Positions 1 through 12,884 of a stretch of DNA of 64,000 nucleotides are shown here, piece after piece. Position 1 is the stretch's first letter, and each line of letters begins with the position of its first letter. This DNA is from Eledone cirrhosa. Taxonomy: Eukaryota. The notes under the pieces are model-generated. The model was not told the DNA's origin, searched no databases, and saw only the letters and a program-made list of their open reading frames with translations. Where the stretch lies: NCBI GenBank assembly GCA_964016885.1, contig OZ024748.1, forward strand, positions 20,026,001 to 20,090,000, in the 5' to 3' direction. Made by a program: the position numbers and the translations under genes.

Positions 1-81
1 CGGATAAGAAGCACTCTACAGTTTGTAGGACTGGAGTATACATAATATATAAGATCAAAAGATGGTTAAATGAGTTCCATG

Positions 82-152
82 TATTTTATTATGCGCATTT
101 CAAAATCAAATATCATCATGCAATAACATTTGTGTTTTCATCAGATAAAATA
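82..152 (-). ncRNA. Type I hammerhead ribozyme motif (family C, mirror copy)
   Basis: Reverse complement of 281-351 with one substitution in helix II. Confidence 0.8.
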
Positions 153-280
153 GGAAGACATGATATGAAGGTTAAAAACACTTGTGGATAGTGCAGTTTT
201 AAATCAACATATGAAAAGTAGTTTGTTGATTTAAAACTGCACTATCCACAAGTGTTTTTAACCTTCATATCATGTCTTCC

Positions 281-351
281 TATTTTATCTGATGAAAACA
301 CAAATGTTATTGCATGATGATATTTGTTTTTGAAATGCGCATAATAAAATA
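281..351 (+). ncRNA. Type I hammerhead ribozyme motif (family C)
   Basis: TATTTTAT(281-288)-CTGATGA(289-295)-helix II CAAATGTTATT/GATGATATTTG-GAAA(332-335)-palindromic ATGCGCAT helix III-AUA site (343)-ATAAAATA(344-351); 8-bp helix I. Confidence 0.85.
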
Positions 352-1024
352 CATGGAACTCATTTAACCATCTTTTGATCTTATATATTATATATATATA
401 TATATATATATGCATATATATATATATGTGTGTACATATATACATGCATATACGTACATATATATTTATGCATGCATACATGCATATATATATATATATA
501 TACATACTAACTTGGGGTTTCAGTCTCTAGAATCACATAGTTTAGAGTGGGGGGATTTTGCCTATATACACATATACATACTGAACTTATTCACATATTA
601 TAATATGATGATTTTTTTTTTATTATTTTAATTTTAATATTTACTTATTAAGTGTCACAGTAGGAGATGTTTTAATATGTTTCAATATGTTTGGTTGTTT
701 TTTTTTTTTTGTGGGGGGTGGCGGGGTTAAACATTTATATAATATTTTAGTTATATACTCTATTTTTTTTCAATGTGACTACATTAACAGACATATTACC
801 AGTGAGAGGAAGTCCCTAGAGTTTAGAGATATGTTCCACTTTTGATTCAGTCTGGTGAGCAGATTATAAAGATATATCTGTGTTCATATGATATACACTG
901 GCAGGTCAGATTGTTATTGAGACTTAAAGATATGCCTGCAACTAAAGAAATATGGCTTGCCATACTCCATCAACCAAAGATACATAGCCACCTTGCTAGA
1001 AATTTAACTAACCAATAATGCATA

Positions 1025-1746
1025 TGTAACGGAATATTATGTATGGTTATAACGACAAGTGGATGGATGGATGTAACTGTTGGTATGGTGGTTTCGGTGT
1101 AAATAAAATTACCAGGAGTGTTGTTACAAAGTTTATTTTATTACAACAATATTCAATTTGAATATTGAATGATAAAATAATTGACACAAAATATTCATAC
1201 AATAATTTGGTGGCTCTTCGAGCCACGTAAATTCAAATATCACAGAATATGATTATAATACGTGTAAACAGAAATGAATGGTGCGTGTACAAATGTTGGC
1301 CTCACTATGAATGCGTGTGTGCGGCGTATCAGTATATTTACTTATTTGTATTGCAGGAGTCAGCGATCAGCCAGGAAGGTGAGAATAAATGGTAAGTGGT
1401 AGACTGGTTTTTCGTGACGAGAGCCTGTAAAAACGTCTCATCTTGTCTGTATCCACTTCTTTTCTATTTTTGCCGTAAACAATCCCTGTCTTTATAAGAG
1501 TTGAAGTTAGAAGGATAGATATATCCTCTGAACTTTCGTTAGTCTCCCAAGGGATTAGTTTGCCAAGCGTAAACAAGTCAGAAAGATGGATATATCCTCT
1601 GACCTATTTTCTGTCAGGCGTAAACACCTCTGACCTGTGTTTAGCCTCTCCCAAGGGGTTAGTCTCCTGAGCGTAAACAAGTCACCACGGCTTGTCCCAG
1701 AGGTGGGAAAGCTCAGATTCGGTTTCGAATCTTCGCCGCCGTTATA
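1025..1746 (-). mobile_element. Solo LTR (Gypsy-like)
   Basis: Termini TGTAACGG...CCGTTATA (imperfect inverted repeat); 4-bp TSD CATA at 1021-1024 and 1747-1750; minus-strand TATA-like (~1491) and AATAAA (~1131); internal short duplications. Confidence 0.75.
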
Positions 1747-1919
1747 CATAGCCACCTTGCTAGAAATTTAGCTCTGCTACATAAAATACACCCAGTACAC
1801 TCTGTAAGGTGGTTAGCAATGGGAAGATCACCTCAACAAAAAGGGTTGGAACGACCCTTCAGCTGTGTTAAAGACATAACAACCTTCCTAGTGTTGGTGA
1901 TCTACAAACAGACAGATGC

Positions 1920-2840
1920 CCTCACTCAAATCCACCACCCCATACCCACATCTTCCACACCCACCCTGCCAAACAGTCAACTCCACCTCCCTCTAACCCA
2001 CTTTGTTACACTCCACTCCACCTCCACCACACCCACCTTTCCAGACTCAACTCTACCTCCCCCTCCCGCATCTTGCCACCCTCAACTCCACCTCCCCAAA
2101 CCCACACCTTCCACATTTTACCCCACTTCCACCACACCCACCTTGCCACACTCAAATCTCCCCCTCCACCTTGCCACACTTAACTCCCCCTCCTCCACCT
2201 CGCCACACTCAACTCCACCTCCCCTAGCATTTATCAGACTTTATACTTCCCTCCCCCCCCACCACCTTGTCAGTGTTTATACCAACACTCCCTCCCCCTA
2301 CCCTCTATAACATATCTAACCCTTCATTACAGTACTCTATCTATTCCCCCTTGCACCACCATACTCTATTTAACCCCTTCTCCCCCTCTCATTACTAACC
2401 CTTCATTTCATCCGCAGTCTTCATAGCAACTCTCCCCACCCCACTTTTCCACACATAACTCCCCCTTCTTCTTAGCCCTTTATTACATTACATCAGTCCT
2501 TATGTCCCCCTCCTCCACCATCACTACCACCACCACCCTCACTGCCAACATCATCTCCACCAACATCACCATCACCACCACAAACACCACCCCCATCACC
2601 ACCTCAAACACCACCACCACCACCACAATCATCACTGCCACCCCCACCCCCCACTATCATCACCACCACCACCACCACCATCACCACTACCACAATCATT
2701 ACCACCATAATCATCACCACCACAATCATCCCCAACACCATCACCGCCACTAACAACACCACCACCACAATCATCACCACCACCACCACTACAGTACTCT
2801 CCACTACACCTCCCCCAACACCACTACCCCCCCCCCCCGA
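1920..2840. repeat. C-rich low-complexity region and (ACC/ATC)n microsatellite
   Basis: Degenerate CCACACCCACC motifs followed by (CAC)n; source of spurious Pro/Thr/His ORFs. Confidence 0.85.
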
Positions 2841-3521
2841 CATAAGGTTTCTCTACAAACCAATGACCTGCTCCCAATTCACAGTTTACTTCTTTTTTCC
2901 TTTCTTTTTGTATTGTTTCTCTCTCTAATCTAATATTTTTTCCTGTGTCATTATAAAGTAATCTATGTTACCTTTCCATCATACAATACAGGTGTTGCAA
3001 CTGCTTAATGACTGACTACAGGTAAACTCCAATCAACAGAGAGAGAGAGAGAGAGAGAAAGAGAGAGGGGGAAGTGTGAGCAAGTAAGGAAGAGGGGGAC
3101 GGTGTGAAAAGTGTTTGATTAAAATTTGCAAAGTTTGATTAAGCTACAAACACATGACACAACAAGCGAAAAACATATATACCAGATAAGAGAAAAAGAA
3201 AAAAAAGGAAAAACTATGAGAATATTAAGAAAGTGATTATTTCACAGACAAATTGGTTAATAGAAATTAACCAATTGGAAGACCAATAAGTTGTCATGAA
3301 GTCTAAACTGTGATAAGAGAAATGATACACTAGCTTCCAGGCCTCATTCATTTACTGAGTGAGGTGGAATTCTTCAAATGGAACTAAGGAAACAATGTTT
3401 CCATTGGTTTTTTTCCCATTCCTGATTCTATTTCTGTCTACTGGTCACAATTCTTGGTAGAAAGAACAATGAGAAATAAAGTGTCTCTACAAAAATGACT
3501 CGACTTGCTTCATAATGCTTC

Positions 3522-4273
3522 CTAATCCAAGGCAATAAAACTTCTCTTTGTTGTCTTGATTTTGAGACCTGCTTCAATAAAATGAAGAGTCATCAATTTC
3601 TTGTCACTTGCAACAGCTCCAAAGACCATATTCTTGCTATGCATAGCTGAAGGAACTTGGGAAGGGTCGTACGCTATCATTTGTGAGTTTTGATGGCTTG
3701 CAATTTCATCTACCATAAACTTCTTTTCAGCCACGAAGATGTGGATGTCTCTGCCATGCTGTTTCAGATGTCTGAGAAGTTTGGGACTTCTTTCAGCTTA
3801 AATGGTTTTGGAGTGGGTAGTTAAGGGGGTTACTGTATATCCTCATGTACGATTTCATATGGAGGTCTTCTCTCACAGCCCTAGAAACAGTCATTTTGCT
3901 GATTCCTAGATCTTGAGCCAACTTCACCATTGATTTTGATGGGTTCAACTCAATCAATCTTTTAAGTCCTGCTAAGAAGCAAGGTGTGCGTTTTTGGTCA
4001 CTGCAAGGACTGTGAGGGTTTCTCTGAACATCCTGACTTTTCTTCAAATTAGCTACAACTCTAAAGACAGTAGATTTGTACAATCTCCCCAACAATTTTG
4101 CCAACACGGAATAATTCAGCAATTACATTTCTATGGTTTAATTCTTCATTAACATACATAATTTGTTCAATCTAAAAGATAGTACAAGCAATTGTTCAAG
4201 CTGGTAATATTAAAATTTAGACTCCAACAAAATCTCTATAATTAGAAACTTGTCCCAATTTCCAATTTACCTG
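3522..4273 (-). pseudogene. Tc1/mariner (maT/DD37D-like) transposase remnant
   Basis: ORF 3793-4122 gives HTH motifs (KSTVFRVV...NPSKSMVKLAQDLGISKMTVSRAVREDLHMKSY); ORF 3522-3734 gives catalytic-domain motif MVFGAVASD...LHFIEAGLKI; frameshifted; possible TIR start CAGGTAAATTGG near 4273. Confidence 0.8.
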
Positions 4274-4279
4274 CAATTT

Positions 4280-4440
4280 ACAGCTAGATCCAACAGTTCA
4301 GATCTAGCTGTCGAAACAGCTGGAGCTCAACCATCGGGATCCTGATTCTTTTCCTATTACCCACTCTACTACCTTAAGTATTGAGTACTCTGGTGCATTA
4401 TGGTCCACCTGGTATCTTACCACACCCTCTTTGTTCTTTA
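4280..4440 (+). mobile_element. Family E insert (3' half of hammerhead plus tail)
   Basis: ACAGCTAGATC/GATCTAGCTGT hairpin-GAAA-CAGCTGGAGCTC...TC-GGGATC, then tail ATTACCCACTCTACTACC...GGTCCACCTGG shared with six other copies; ends in (TA)n. Confidence 0.7.
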
Positions 4441-4454
4441 TTATATATATATAT

Positions 4455-4640
4455 GGATTGGCAGTATAGGTAGAGGGTCGGACGCCATGCTTTGACACAT
4501 AGAGTTACGGCCCTTGCCATTCTGAGTTCAAATCCCGCCGAGGTTAACTTTGCCTTTCACCCTTACGGGGTCGATAAAATAAAGTACCAGTAGTACACTG
4601 GATAATTGCTGGCCTTGTGCCAAAAGTAGAAACAATTATA
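4455..4640 (+). mobile_element. tRNA-derived SINE, family 1 (Nin-domain-like core)
   Basis: GGATTGGCAGTAT.GGTAGAG A-box, GAGTTCAAATCC B-box, core CTTTCA.CCTTACGGGGTCGATAAAATAAAGTACCAG, 3' end GGCCTTGTGCCAAAAGTAGAAACAATT. Confidence 0.85.
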
Positions 4641-4652
4641 TATATATATATA

Positions 4653-4856
4653 TAGGTGGATTCCCAATGTATATTGAGAGGTGACCACAGTTAATAAAGA
4701 TATTCAATACGTTAGTATTGTATAGACATATATATTTTATTATAGAAATGATTTGTGCAGGACAAGAACTGTTTCATTCATAAGACATCATCCGGAATGT
4801 CTTTCCTGATGATGTCTTATGAATAAAACAGTTCTAGTTTTGTACAAGTCATTTCA
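4653..4856. mobile_element. Family A fold-back, degenerate hammerheads
   Basis: Inverted repeat centred ~4798; CTGATGA at 4806-4812 followed by AAAACAGTTCTAG; inverted family A tail upstream. Confidence 0.7.
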
Positions 4857-4919
4857 ATGCTTTTATCTTGCCCTTTCCACACTGGCATGAGTTGGATGGA
4901 ACTTTTCGAGGCAATGTTT

Positions 4920-5275
4920 TACAACCAGACATCAGACCTTCTATTTGCTTCTTCCTATAACATGCAAGGATAAAGTGTACTTATTCAAAACCAGATACAC
5001 ATGGACACCCTTCCAGACACAAAACCATTTATTTGCTTCTTCCTAAGACATGCAAAGATATGGTGTAACTACTCTAAACCAGATAAACATGGACACCCTT
5101 CCAGATACTAAATAAACCTTTTATTTGCTTCTTTCTACAACATGCAAGGATAAGGTGTACTTATTCAAAACCAAATACACATGGACACCCTTCCAGACAC
5201 AAAACCTAGTTGATTCCTACGACATGCAAGGATATGATATACCTATTCTAAACCAGATACACCCTTCCTGACAGA
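4920..5275. repeat. ~90-bp minisatellite, ~4 copies
   Basis: Recurring ACATGCAAGGATA...CCAGATACACATGGACACCCTTCCAGA. Confidence 0.85.
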
Positions 5276-6349
5276 CCCTCTTAGTTTCTTCATCTTACAA
5301 TATAACAGATACGGTGGATATGGTGGATATGGTGTACCTAAAACATAAATATGAAATACAATATAATGTATAATGAAAAAAAAAAAAATAAGGAACTTCA
5401 GAATAATTGTATCATAGCAGAAAAGAAGATATTTATGAGAGAAAGACAAGACAAATCACATCTTATAAACATCAGAACCTTTTGAAAACATCTTCAAGTG
5501 TATGGGTTGGGGCAGGTGAGGGGGTGGCTTTAGAAGATAAGAAGAAGATAGATTCTTGACACTTTCAAAGTATTCTTACATTTAGGTGACCAATAAAATA
5601 ATAAGAACATTACCGCATTGGATTCTTTGTAAGATAAACCAGATTAACAAGGAAGGAAAATTTTATGTTAGATGATGTAAAAATTCCTCAACCATTTATC
5701 TACTTACCATATGTCTAATGAAAGACACTGCCTATGATATTCAAGTTACTTTGAAAGGCTAGTAATATAACTAACTTTCTTATTAAGTTGTTGCTTAACC
5801 CTTTTGTTAGTATATTTCTAATAAAAATGCAAAGGAGGATATTCAAAACAATTTTAAAATAATCAAGAATTTGAAAAGATTTAGTAATATAACTATTAAG
5901 TTGGTATTTGGAGCATAATTCTTATATAAAATTATGCTAGTGTAGAAAATGGACGTTAAACGATGATGATGATGATGATGATGGAAGGTTTTTAAGTAAA
6001 TATAAACACTTTAACCCTTTCATTTACCAAGTTTCTAATGAAAGACACTGTTGAAAATTATGAAACAGCACAATGACTACATTACATTAAAAATTGAGGT
6101 CTTTTATAAATTGCGAACAAATATCGTCCTCACCCTGTATACAGGGACCAGTCTGGTGAATTACATCATGTTTTCATTAGTCTTCAGCTAAGGCAGACAA
6201 AAATTCCTATTTTGAGGAACTTTCAGAGGAAAAAAAAAAACAATAATTTCTATATTTTATTTATTTTATTTTTGTATTCCCTTAACTTTCTGCCTTGAGG
6301 AAATAACACACGAGTCTTGTTGCTATGGTGATCATTTCATAACTCTATA

Positions 6350-6916
6350 TCTATTTGTATGCATGTGTCTGTTATCTGTGTGTGCATGTGTGTGTGTATG
6401 TGTACATGTGTGTGTATGTGTACATGTGTGTATGTGTGTGTGTGCATGTGTGTGTATGTGTGTGTGCATGTGTGTGTATGTGTGTATGCATGTGTGTGTA
6501 TGTGCATGTGTGAGTTTGGGTGTGGGTGTTTAGGTGTATATGTGTATGTATACATGTGTGTGTATGAATGTATATGTGTGCATTTATGAGTGTGTATGTG
6601 TATGTGTGAATGTGTGTGTGTGAAAGTGTATGTATGTGTGTGCATATGTGTGCGTATGTATCTGTGTATGTGTGCGTGCTTGTGTGGGTGTATGTGTGAA
6701 TGTGTATGTGTGAATGTGTAAGTGTGTGAATGTGTGTGTATGTGTGGGTGTGTGTGTTTATGTGTATGGTTATGCATGTGTGAGTGAATGTATATGTGTG
6801 CGTTTATGTGTGTATATGTGTGTTTATGTGTGTGTGAATGAAAGTATGTGTATGTGTGTGCATGCATGTGTGTGTATGTGTGTGTGCATGTGTGTGTATG
6901 TATGTGTGTGTGTGTG
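6350..6916. repeat. Degenerate (TG)n microsatellite
   Basis: Direct reading. Confidence 0.95.
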
Positions 6917-7254
6917 GTTTCTTAAAGGATAACATGTGGATCTTTCCTCTCTGAGAAACTAAAACAACAGTGAAACACTAAACACTAAGAGAGAGAGAGG
7001 GGGGAGTGGAAGGGAGAGAGAGAGAGAGAGAGAAATGGAAAGAGAGTGAAAGAGAGAGGGCGAGAGAGAGAGCAGAAACAGAGAGAGGGGGATCAATGTT
7101 ATGTTTGTGTTTGTCAGGTGAGGCAATGAAATATTGAGAGAGAGGTGGGGAGGGAGAGTATGAAAACATGAATGAGATGTAGAGTTAACTATGGGAGTAG
7201 GAGGAAGAGAGACAGACACACACATATACACACACACTCACACATGACTATAAC

Positions 7255-8215
7255 AATAGCAACAACAACATCACAAACAACATCCCCACCACCACCAACA
7301 ACAACACCACCAACAACAACAACACCACCACCAACATCACCATTAACATCACTAATAACAATATTACCAACAACATCAACAACAGTACCAGCAACCATCA
7401 CCACCAACACCACCACCACCAACATAAGTACCAACAATAACATCACCAACAACATCACCACCAACATCACCAACAACAGTACCAACACCAACATCACCAA
7501 CAACACCACCAGCAACCACCACCACCAACATCAGTACCAGCAATAACATCACCAACAACACCACCAGCAACCATCACCACCAACACCACCACCACCAACA
7601 TAAGTACCAACAATAACATCACCAACAACATCACTACCAACAACATAACTAACAACAACATCAGTACCATCATCACTACCAACAACAACACCACCAACAA
7701 CATCATCACCAACAACATCACCACCAACAACACCACCAACAACAACACCACCAACAACAACACCATCACCAACAACAACATCAGTACCATCATCACTACC
7801 AACAACAACACCACCAACAACATCATCACCAACAACATCATCACCACCAACATCACCACCAACACAACCAACAACAACACCACCAACAACAACACCATCA
7901 CCAACAACAACATCAGTACCATCATCACTACCACCAACAACAACACCACCAACAACATCATTACCACCAACATCACCACCAACACAACCAACAACAACAC
8001 CACCAACAACAACACCATCACCAACAACAACATCAGTACCATCATCACTACCAACAACAACAACACCACCAACATCATCACCAACAACAACATCACCACC
8101 AACACAACCAACAACAACACCACCAACAACAACACCATCACCAACAACAACAACATCAGTACCATCATCACTACCAACAATAATATCACCAACATCATCA
8201 CCAACAACAATATAC
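7255..8215. repeat. (AAC/ACC/ATC)n trinucleotide array with ~120-bp higher-order period
   Basis: CATCAGTACCATCATCACTACC recurs at ~7660, 7780, 7911, 8031, 8155. Confidence 0.9.
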
Positions 8216-8359
8216 CAAGTCTATGTTGTATGATGGCTGGCATTAGGAAGTGCACCCAACCATTAAAAACCCATTAAAAATGAAACATGAAAAAGACAGG
8301 TTCATTTGATGCGTCAGGTCGTAGAACATAACAAACTGTTTAACCCATGGTAACATAGA

Positions 8360-8396
<37 letters not shown>

Positions 8397-8397
<1 letters not shown>

Positions 8398-8706
8398 GAT
8401 ATTAAATAAATGGAAACTATATTTATAAAAGCATATTTATTTCATTATACATATTTCAGGGATACCAAATTAAAATATGGTATGCCTTCATCAGACAAAA
8501 TACAATATATAAACAGTTTTATAAATAATTTTGACGTACCCTATTTTGACGTATCCCTGAAATATGTATAATGAAATAAATATGGTTTTATAAATATAGA
8601 TTCCATTTATTTAATATCGTATATCTACTCCAAAAACTTGTCGAGTGCTTTATATCAGTTATAAAATATTTACTTGTTGTATCCCAACAATTTTAAATAG
8701 AACTTT

Positions 8707-8710
<4 letters not shown>
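8397..8710. mobile_element. Family B fold-back insert in (TA)n
   Basis: Arms 8397-8466 and 8551-8620; right arm extended by tail ending GTTGTATCCCAACAATTTTAAATAGAACTTTTGC; TA tracts on both sides. Confidence 0.8.
8438..8502 (-). ncRNA. Type I hammerhead ribozyme motif (family B)
   Basis: Minus strand: TATTTTGT-CTGATGA-AGG.ATACCA/TGGTAT.CCT-GAAA-TATGT-ATA-ATGAAATA. Confidence 0.8.
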
Positions 8711-8742
<32 letters not shown>

Positions 8743-8878
8743 AGGTGCAACCTCGTTATTGAGTATGGCCATTGCACAATATAACATCATTAATAATTAT
8801 CAATTAATGGTATCGTGCAATACCTGTGTGTGAAGATTTTTTTTAATGTGAGGAAAGACTGATATATATATATATATA

Positions 8879-9050
8879 GTAATAATAATAAATTTGAAGA
8901 CTAAAATCCAAAGAGGGCTCAATAAGGATAAATATATATCAAATATATAAGAACCGTAGAGCAAATATTTAGTTAGTTGGACTTTGTTAGTTTCAGAAGA
9001 TCCTGTTAAGGGTGAAAGCAGCGATTCTTTGCTTAAACTTTAATCTGTTA

Positions 9051-9056
<6 letters not shown>
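8879..9056. mobile_element. Family D insert (inverted tail plus sense CAGAAGA hammerhead-like segment)
   Basis: 8879-8968 is the reverse complement of the tail at ~49597-49684; 8980-9056 matches the sense segment at 49515-49591. Confidence 0.75.
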
Positions 9057-9081
<25 letters not shown>

Positions 9082-9084
9082 TGT

Positions 9085-9229
9085 TATACTTGGAAAAGGT
9101 CATATTGTTGTAATAATATTGCCAGAAATAATAACAGAACACACTGTTTGGTTGGTTTTTGCTTCTGTATCTTTTATATCTCCACAGTTAATTCATTTGG
9201 TCCTCAAAACAAATTCATCGCCGTTGGTC
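9085..9229 (-). mobile_element. Family I tail fragment
   Basis: Reverse complement of ~60755-60903; same fragment at 37515-37690. Confidence 0.65.
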
Positions 9230-9412
9230 GATTGGCAGTATCGGTAGAGGGTCGGACGCCATGCTTTGCAGCAAAGAGTTACGGCCCTTTATGGTCTGAG
9301 TTCAAATCCCACCGAGGTTAACTTTGCCTTTCATCCTTACGGGGTCGATAAAATAAGGTACCAGTAATACACTGATATAATTGCTGGCCTTGTGCCAAAA
9401 GTAGAAACAGTT
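9230..9412 (+). mobile_element. SINE family 1
   Basis: Same A/B boxes and core as 4455-4640. Confidence 0.85.
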
Positions 9413-9426
9413 ATATATAATATATA

Positions 9427-9620
9427 AGTTTATCCCGGGTTCAATCGGAGGTAACCACAATAAGTAAGGTACTCAATACAAAGCAGAGTATAAATATTTA
9501 ATATAGAAAAGGCTTCTACAGGACTAGAGCTGTTTCATTCAGGAGAAATCATGAGGAATCTTCCTGATGATTTCTCCCAAATGAAACAGCTCTAGTCCCG
9601 TAGAAGCCTTTTCTATATTA
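9427..9620. mobile_element. Family A fold-back with hammerhead motif
   Basis: Inverted tail plus inverted hammerhead, then CTTC-CTGATGA(9564-9570)-TTTCTCCCAAAT-GAAA-CAG...CCG-TA-GAAG. Confidence 0.8.
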
Positions 9621-9640
9621 TATATATATATATATATATA

Positions 9641-9740
9641 CAGGGTGTCCAAAAAAATGTGTATAAACTTCAACAGCATTCTAATAAATATTGTCTGAAC
9701 AGGTCATCAAAGTGTGTATATATTTTTGGAGGACACCCTG
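9641..9740. mobile_element. Tc1/mariner-type MITE
   Basis: ~30-bp TIRs CAGGGTGTCC...AAACTT / AAGTG...GGACACCCTG after TA; partial second copy at 51361-51410. Confidence 0.8.
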
Positions 9741-9810
9741 TGTATAAATGTGTATATGAATACATAGAAAATAGATATGTATATATATAAATATACATAG
9801 AAAAGAAATA

Positions 9811-11769
9811 TTTATATATATAAAAGCGAGGATGTGTGTGTCTGTGTACAACCTTGGATACCTAAGGCTTTTACAATTACCAACCGAATTTGACCAAATT
9901 TTCTGTGCACGTTGCACAGATCGCTAAGATGGTCACATCACAAACATTTTTCCAATCATCCCACGGTGAGCAATAAAAAAATCGATATCAAAATTATCGG
10001 TAGCAAAATTGATGTAAGGGAGATAACCAACTTTATTGACAATCCTTATAAAAAAAGGGAGATAACCAACTTTATTGACAATCCTTATAAAGAGAGTGAG
10101 ATATGAAGAACTTCGTTTTCAATTTTAAAACAACAATCATCGTCGGACGAAATTTCAGAAATATAAACATCAGATTTATTGGAAGATAAATCACTAATAT
10201 TATCGTTTGTTTCTTGTTTATTCTTTGTTGCACTTTCAAAGTTAAAAAAACACTTGTTGTTTCACTATAGTAAGTGTTAATTTTCGCGTTAAGGGGCTAA
10301 TCTCGCAGCAGTCTCGAATTGACGAGATTTTGATGATGGTTTGTTTATTTTTAGAACAATCGTTATGGCACTTTCCATTCAAACCATTGGGACCTACAAC
10401 TTTTACATTTTTAAAACTTTCATAAGCCATGGTGATACAAAAAAAAATTTGTTGCACTTTCAAAGTTAAAAAAACACTTGTTTTAACTTGTTTCACTATA
10501 TTAAGTGTTAATTTTCGCAGTAAGGGCCTAATCTCGCAGCAGTCTCGAATTGACGAGATTTTGATGATGGTTTGTTTATTTTTAGAACAATCCTTATGGG
10601 ACTTTCCATTCAAACCATTGGGACCTACAGCTTTTACATTTTTAAAGTAATTTCGTCCACATTTTTTGAGGCAGGCATTATCTATGCTTCCAGCTGGATT
10701 CGTACACATCAAACTTTTTTGACAATGAAGGAACATGCTGAACAGGATTCTTCCTGGATGTCCACGGATATATAAATCTAGTGATACTGTATGTGATCCA
10801 CAAGATGCGGTCAACTATCCAGTTGAATTTCTAAATTCTTTAAATCCTCCTGGTTTACCTCCTAATACATTGGTTCTGAAAGAGCGAACGCCAGTTATTT
10901 TGCTGAGAAATATCACTCCTCAAAAACTATGCAATGGTACACGGCTTGTGGTTAAAAAACTGTCTCCACTTAGTATTGACGCTACCATTCTATCCGGATG
11001 TGGAAAAGGCGAGGATGTGATAATAACAAAAATTAGGCTGACTACATCAGGCCTGGATACTCCCTTCTCCTTTCGCCGAACCCAATGTCCCCTTCGTGTT
11101 GCCTTTGTAATGTCCATAAACAAGTCGCAAGGTCAAACTCTGTCCGTCACTGGAATCACTTGAATGAACCTTGCTCTTCGCACGGACAATTTTACGTTGC
11201 CTGCTCAAGAGTTGGCAGTCGAGATAATCTCTTTGCGTTTGTTTCGAAAAGAAAAACAAAGAATATCGTCTATCCTGAAGTGCTTTAGTGTTAACAAAAA
11301 CACTTATTACAGCTCTGCCTTGATTTCACCTTACTCATTACAAAACATTCCAATGAATATGTCATGCAGGATATTTTGGATTATAAGTTCAAAATTTAAC
11401 CATACACAGCAAAGGATGCTCTCAAAGAAAAGATTTTCTCTTATTCTACTCTCATTGTTTTTTTGTTTGTATACAACTCTGCTTTCATTATAACTTTTTA
11501 TACTTTAGCAAAACTGCCTGTTTTTTTACAGATTTGCAACGTGTACTGTCTTTAATCATTTGTATAACTACATCCTGTTCAATGTTTTCCTTCATTATCA
11601 ACATAGATTTATGTGTACAAAGATTGCACTAAATATTCGTTTGCATTAATTATTGAAGACTTCTGCTTATTTTGACAGGTTGGGGACAAATAATGTTCTT
11701 TTTTTACTTCCTAGCTGTATATTCTTAGCATAATTTCAAATCCCGAGCAATGCCGGGTAAATCTGCTAG
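9811..11769 (+). mobile_element. Helitron, internally deleted
   Basis: 5' T(T)TATATATATAAAAG start; 3' hairpin CCCG-AGCAATGC-CGGG (11742-11757) then CTAG(11766-11769)|T; contains Pif1 helicase C-terminus. Confidence 0.85.
10735..11288 (+). pseudogene. Helitron Rep/Hel Pif1-family helicase C-terminal fragment
   Basis: FLNSLNPPGLPP, LLRNI..KLCNGTRL, INKSQGQTL, HGQFYVACSRV, TKNIVYPEVL; frameshift near 11160. Confidence 0.92.
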
Positions 11770-12141
11770 TATATATATATATAATAGATGTGTATATGTA
11801 GATATATACAAAATAGGTGTGTATATATATATATAAAATAGATATCTATTTGTATCACTAGAAAATCACAATAATAATTATGATGATGATTATGATGATG
11901 GTGATGACGACGATGATTATGATGATGGTGATGACGACGGTGATTATGATGATGATGAACAATAACAATAAACAGAAAAAATATGGAAAAAAAAAGATGT
12001 AAACAAAAAAAAGATGGCAGAAAGAAGAATACAAGATTTGAGGAATATAAGATTTAAAGTTTGGTTTGTTTTGTTGAGATATTGTTTGAGAGAGAGAATA
12101 TAGTATGAGAAAGTAAATAATACATATTATATGATGTCCTG

Positions 12142-12183
<42 letters not shown>

Positions 12184-12309
12184 TATACCTATATAAATAT
12201 TACATATATATACATATAATATATATATGTATAATACATAAAATGACTATTTCTATTTCTTCTCATATACTATATATATATCATCATCATCATATATATA
12301 TGTATATAC

Positions 12310-12346
<37 letters not shown>

Positions 12347-12420
12347 CATATGCATATATATATATATATATGTGTATATATATATTTATATATTCATATA
12401 TATTTTTATTATGTGTATAT

Positions 12421-12478
<58 letters not shown>

Positions 12479-12884
12479 GTATGTGTGTATATATATTTAT
12501 ATATATATGTATATATTTATATATATTTATATTATGTGTATATATATATATATATCATCAGGACATCATATATGCTGTATATGTATATAATCACACCCAC
12601 ACATGATTCTTTGGTATGTATATCTCTCACAGATTTTCTTTTTATACATATGATGCATTAGCACAAGTGTACAAAACATATGTAAGCATATATATATATA
12701 TATTATATTTTATATATATATATTATATATATATATATTATATATATATATTATATATATATTATATATATATATTATATATATATATTATATATTATAT
12801 ATATATATTATATATATATATATTATATATATATATTATATATATATTATATATATATATTATATATATATATATATATATATG

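Larger units (their letters stand above)
1..390. mobile_element. Fold-back hammerhead-bearing insert (family C), probable PLE-derived
   Basis: Near-perfect inverted repeat, arms ~44-209 and 224-390 with a 14-nt spacer; the left arm has an extra extension (1-43) and the right arm runs into (TA)n; each arm holds a hammerhead motif. Confidence 0.8.

Noticed and set aside
7172-8255. Mucin-like Thr/Asn ORF and hydrophobic Val/Leu/Met ORFs (also 21107-21847)
   Set aside because: Trinucleotide microsatellite open in several frames on both strands
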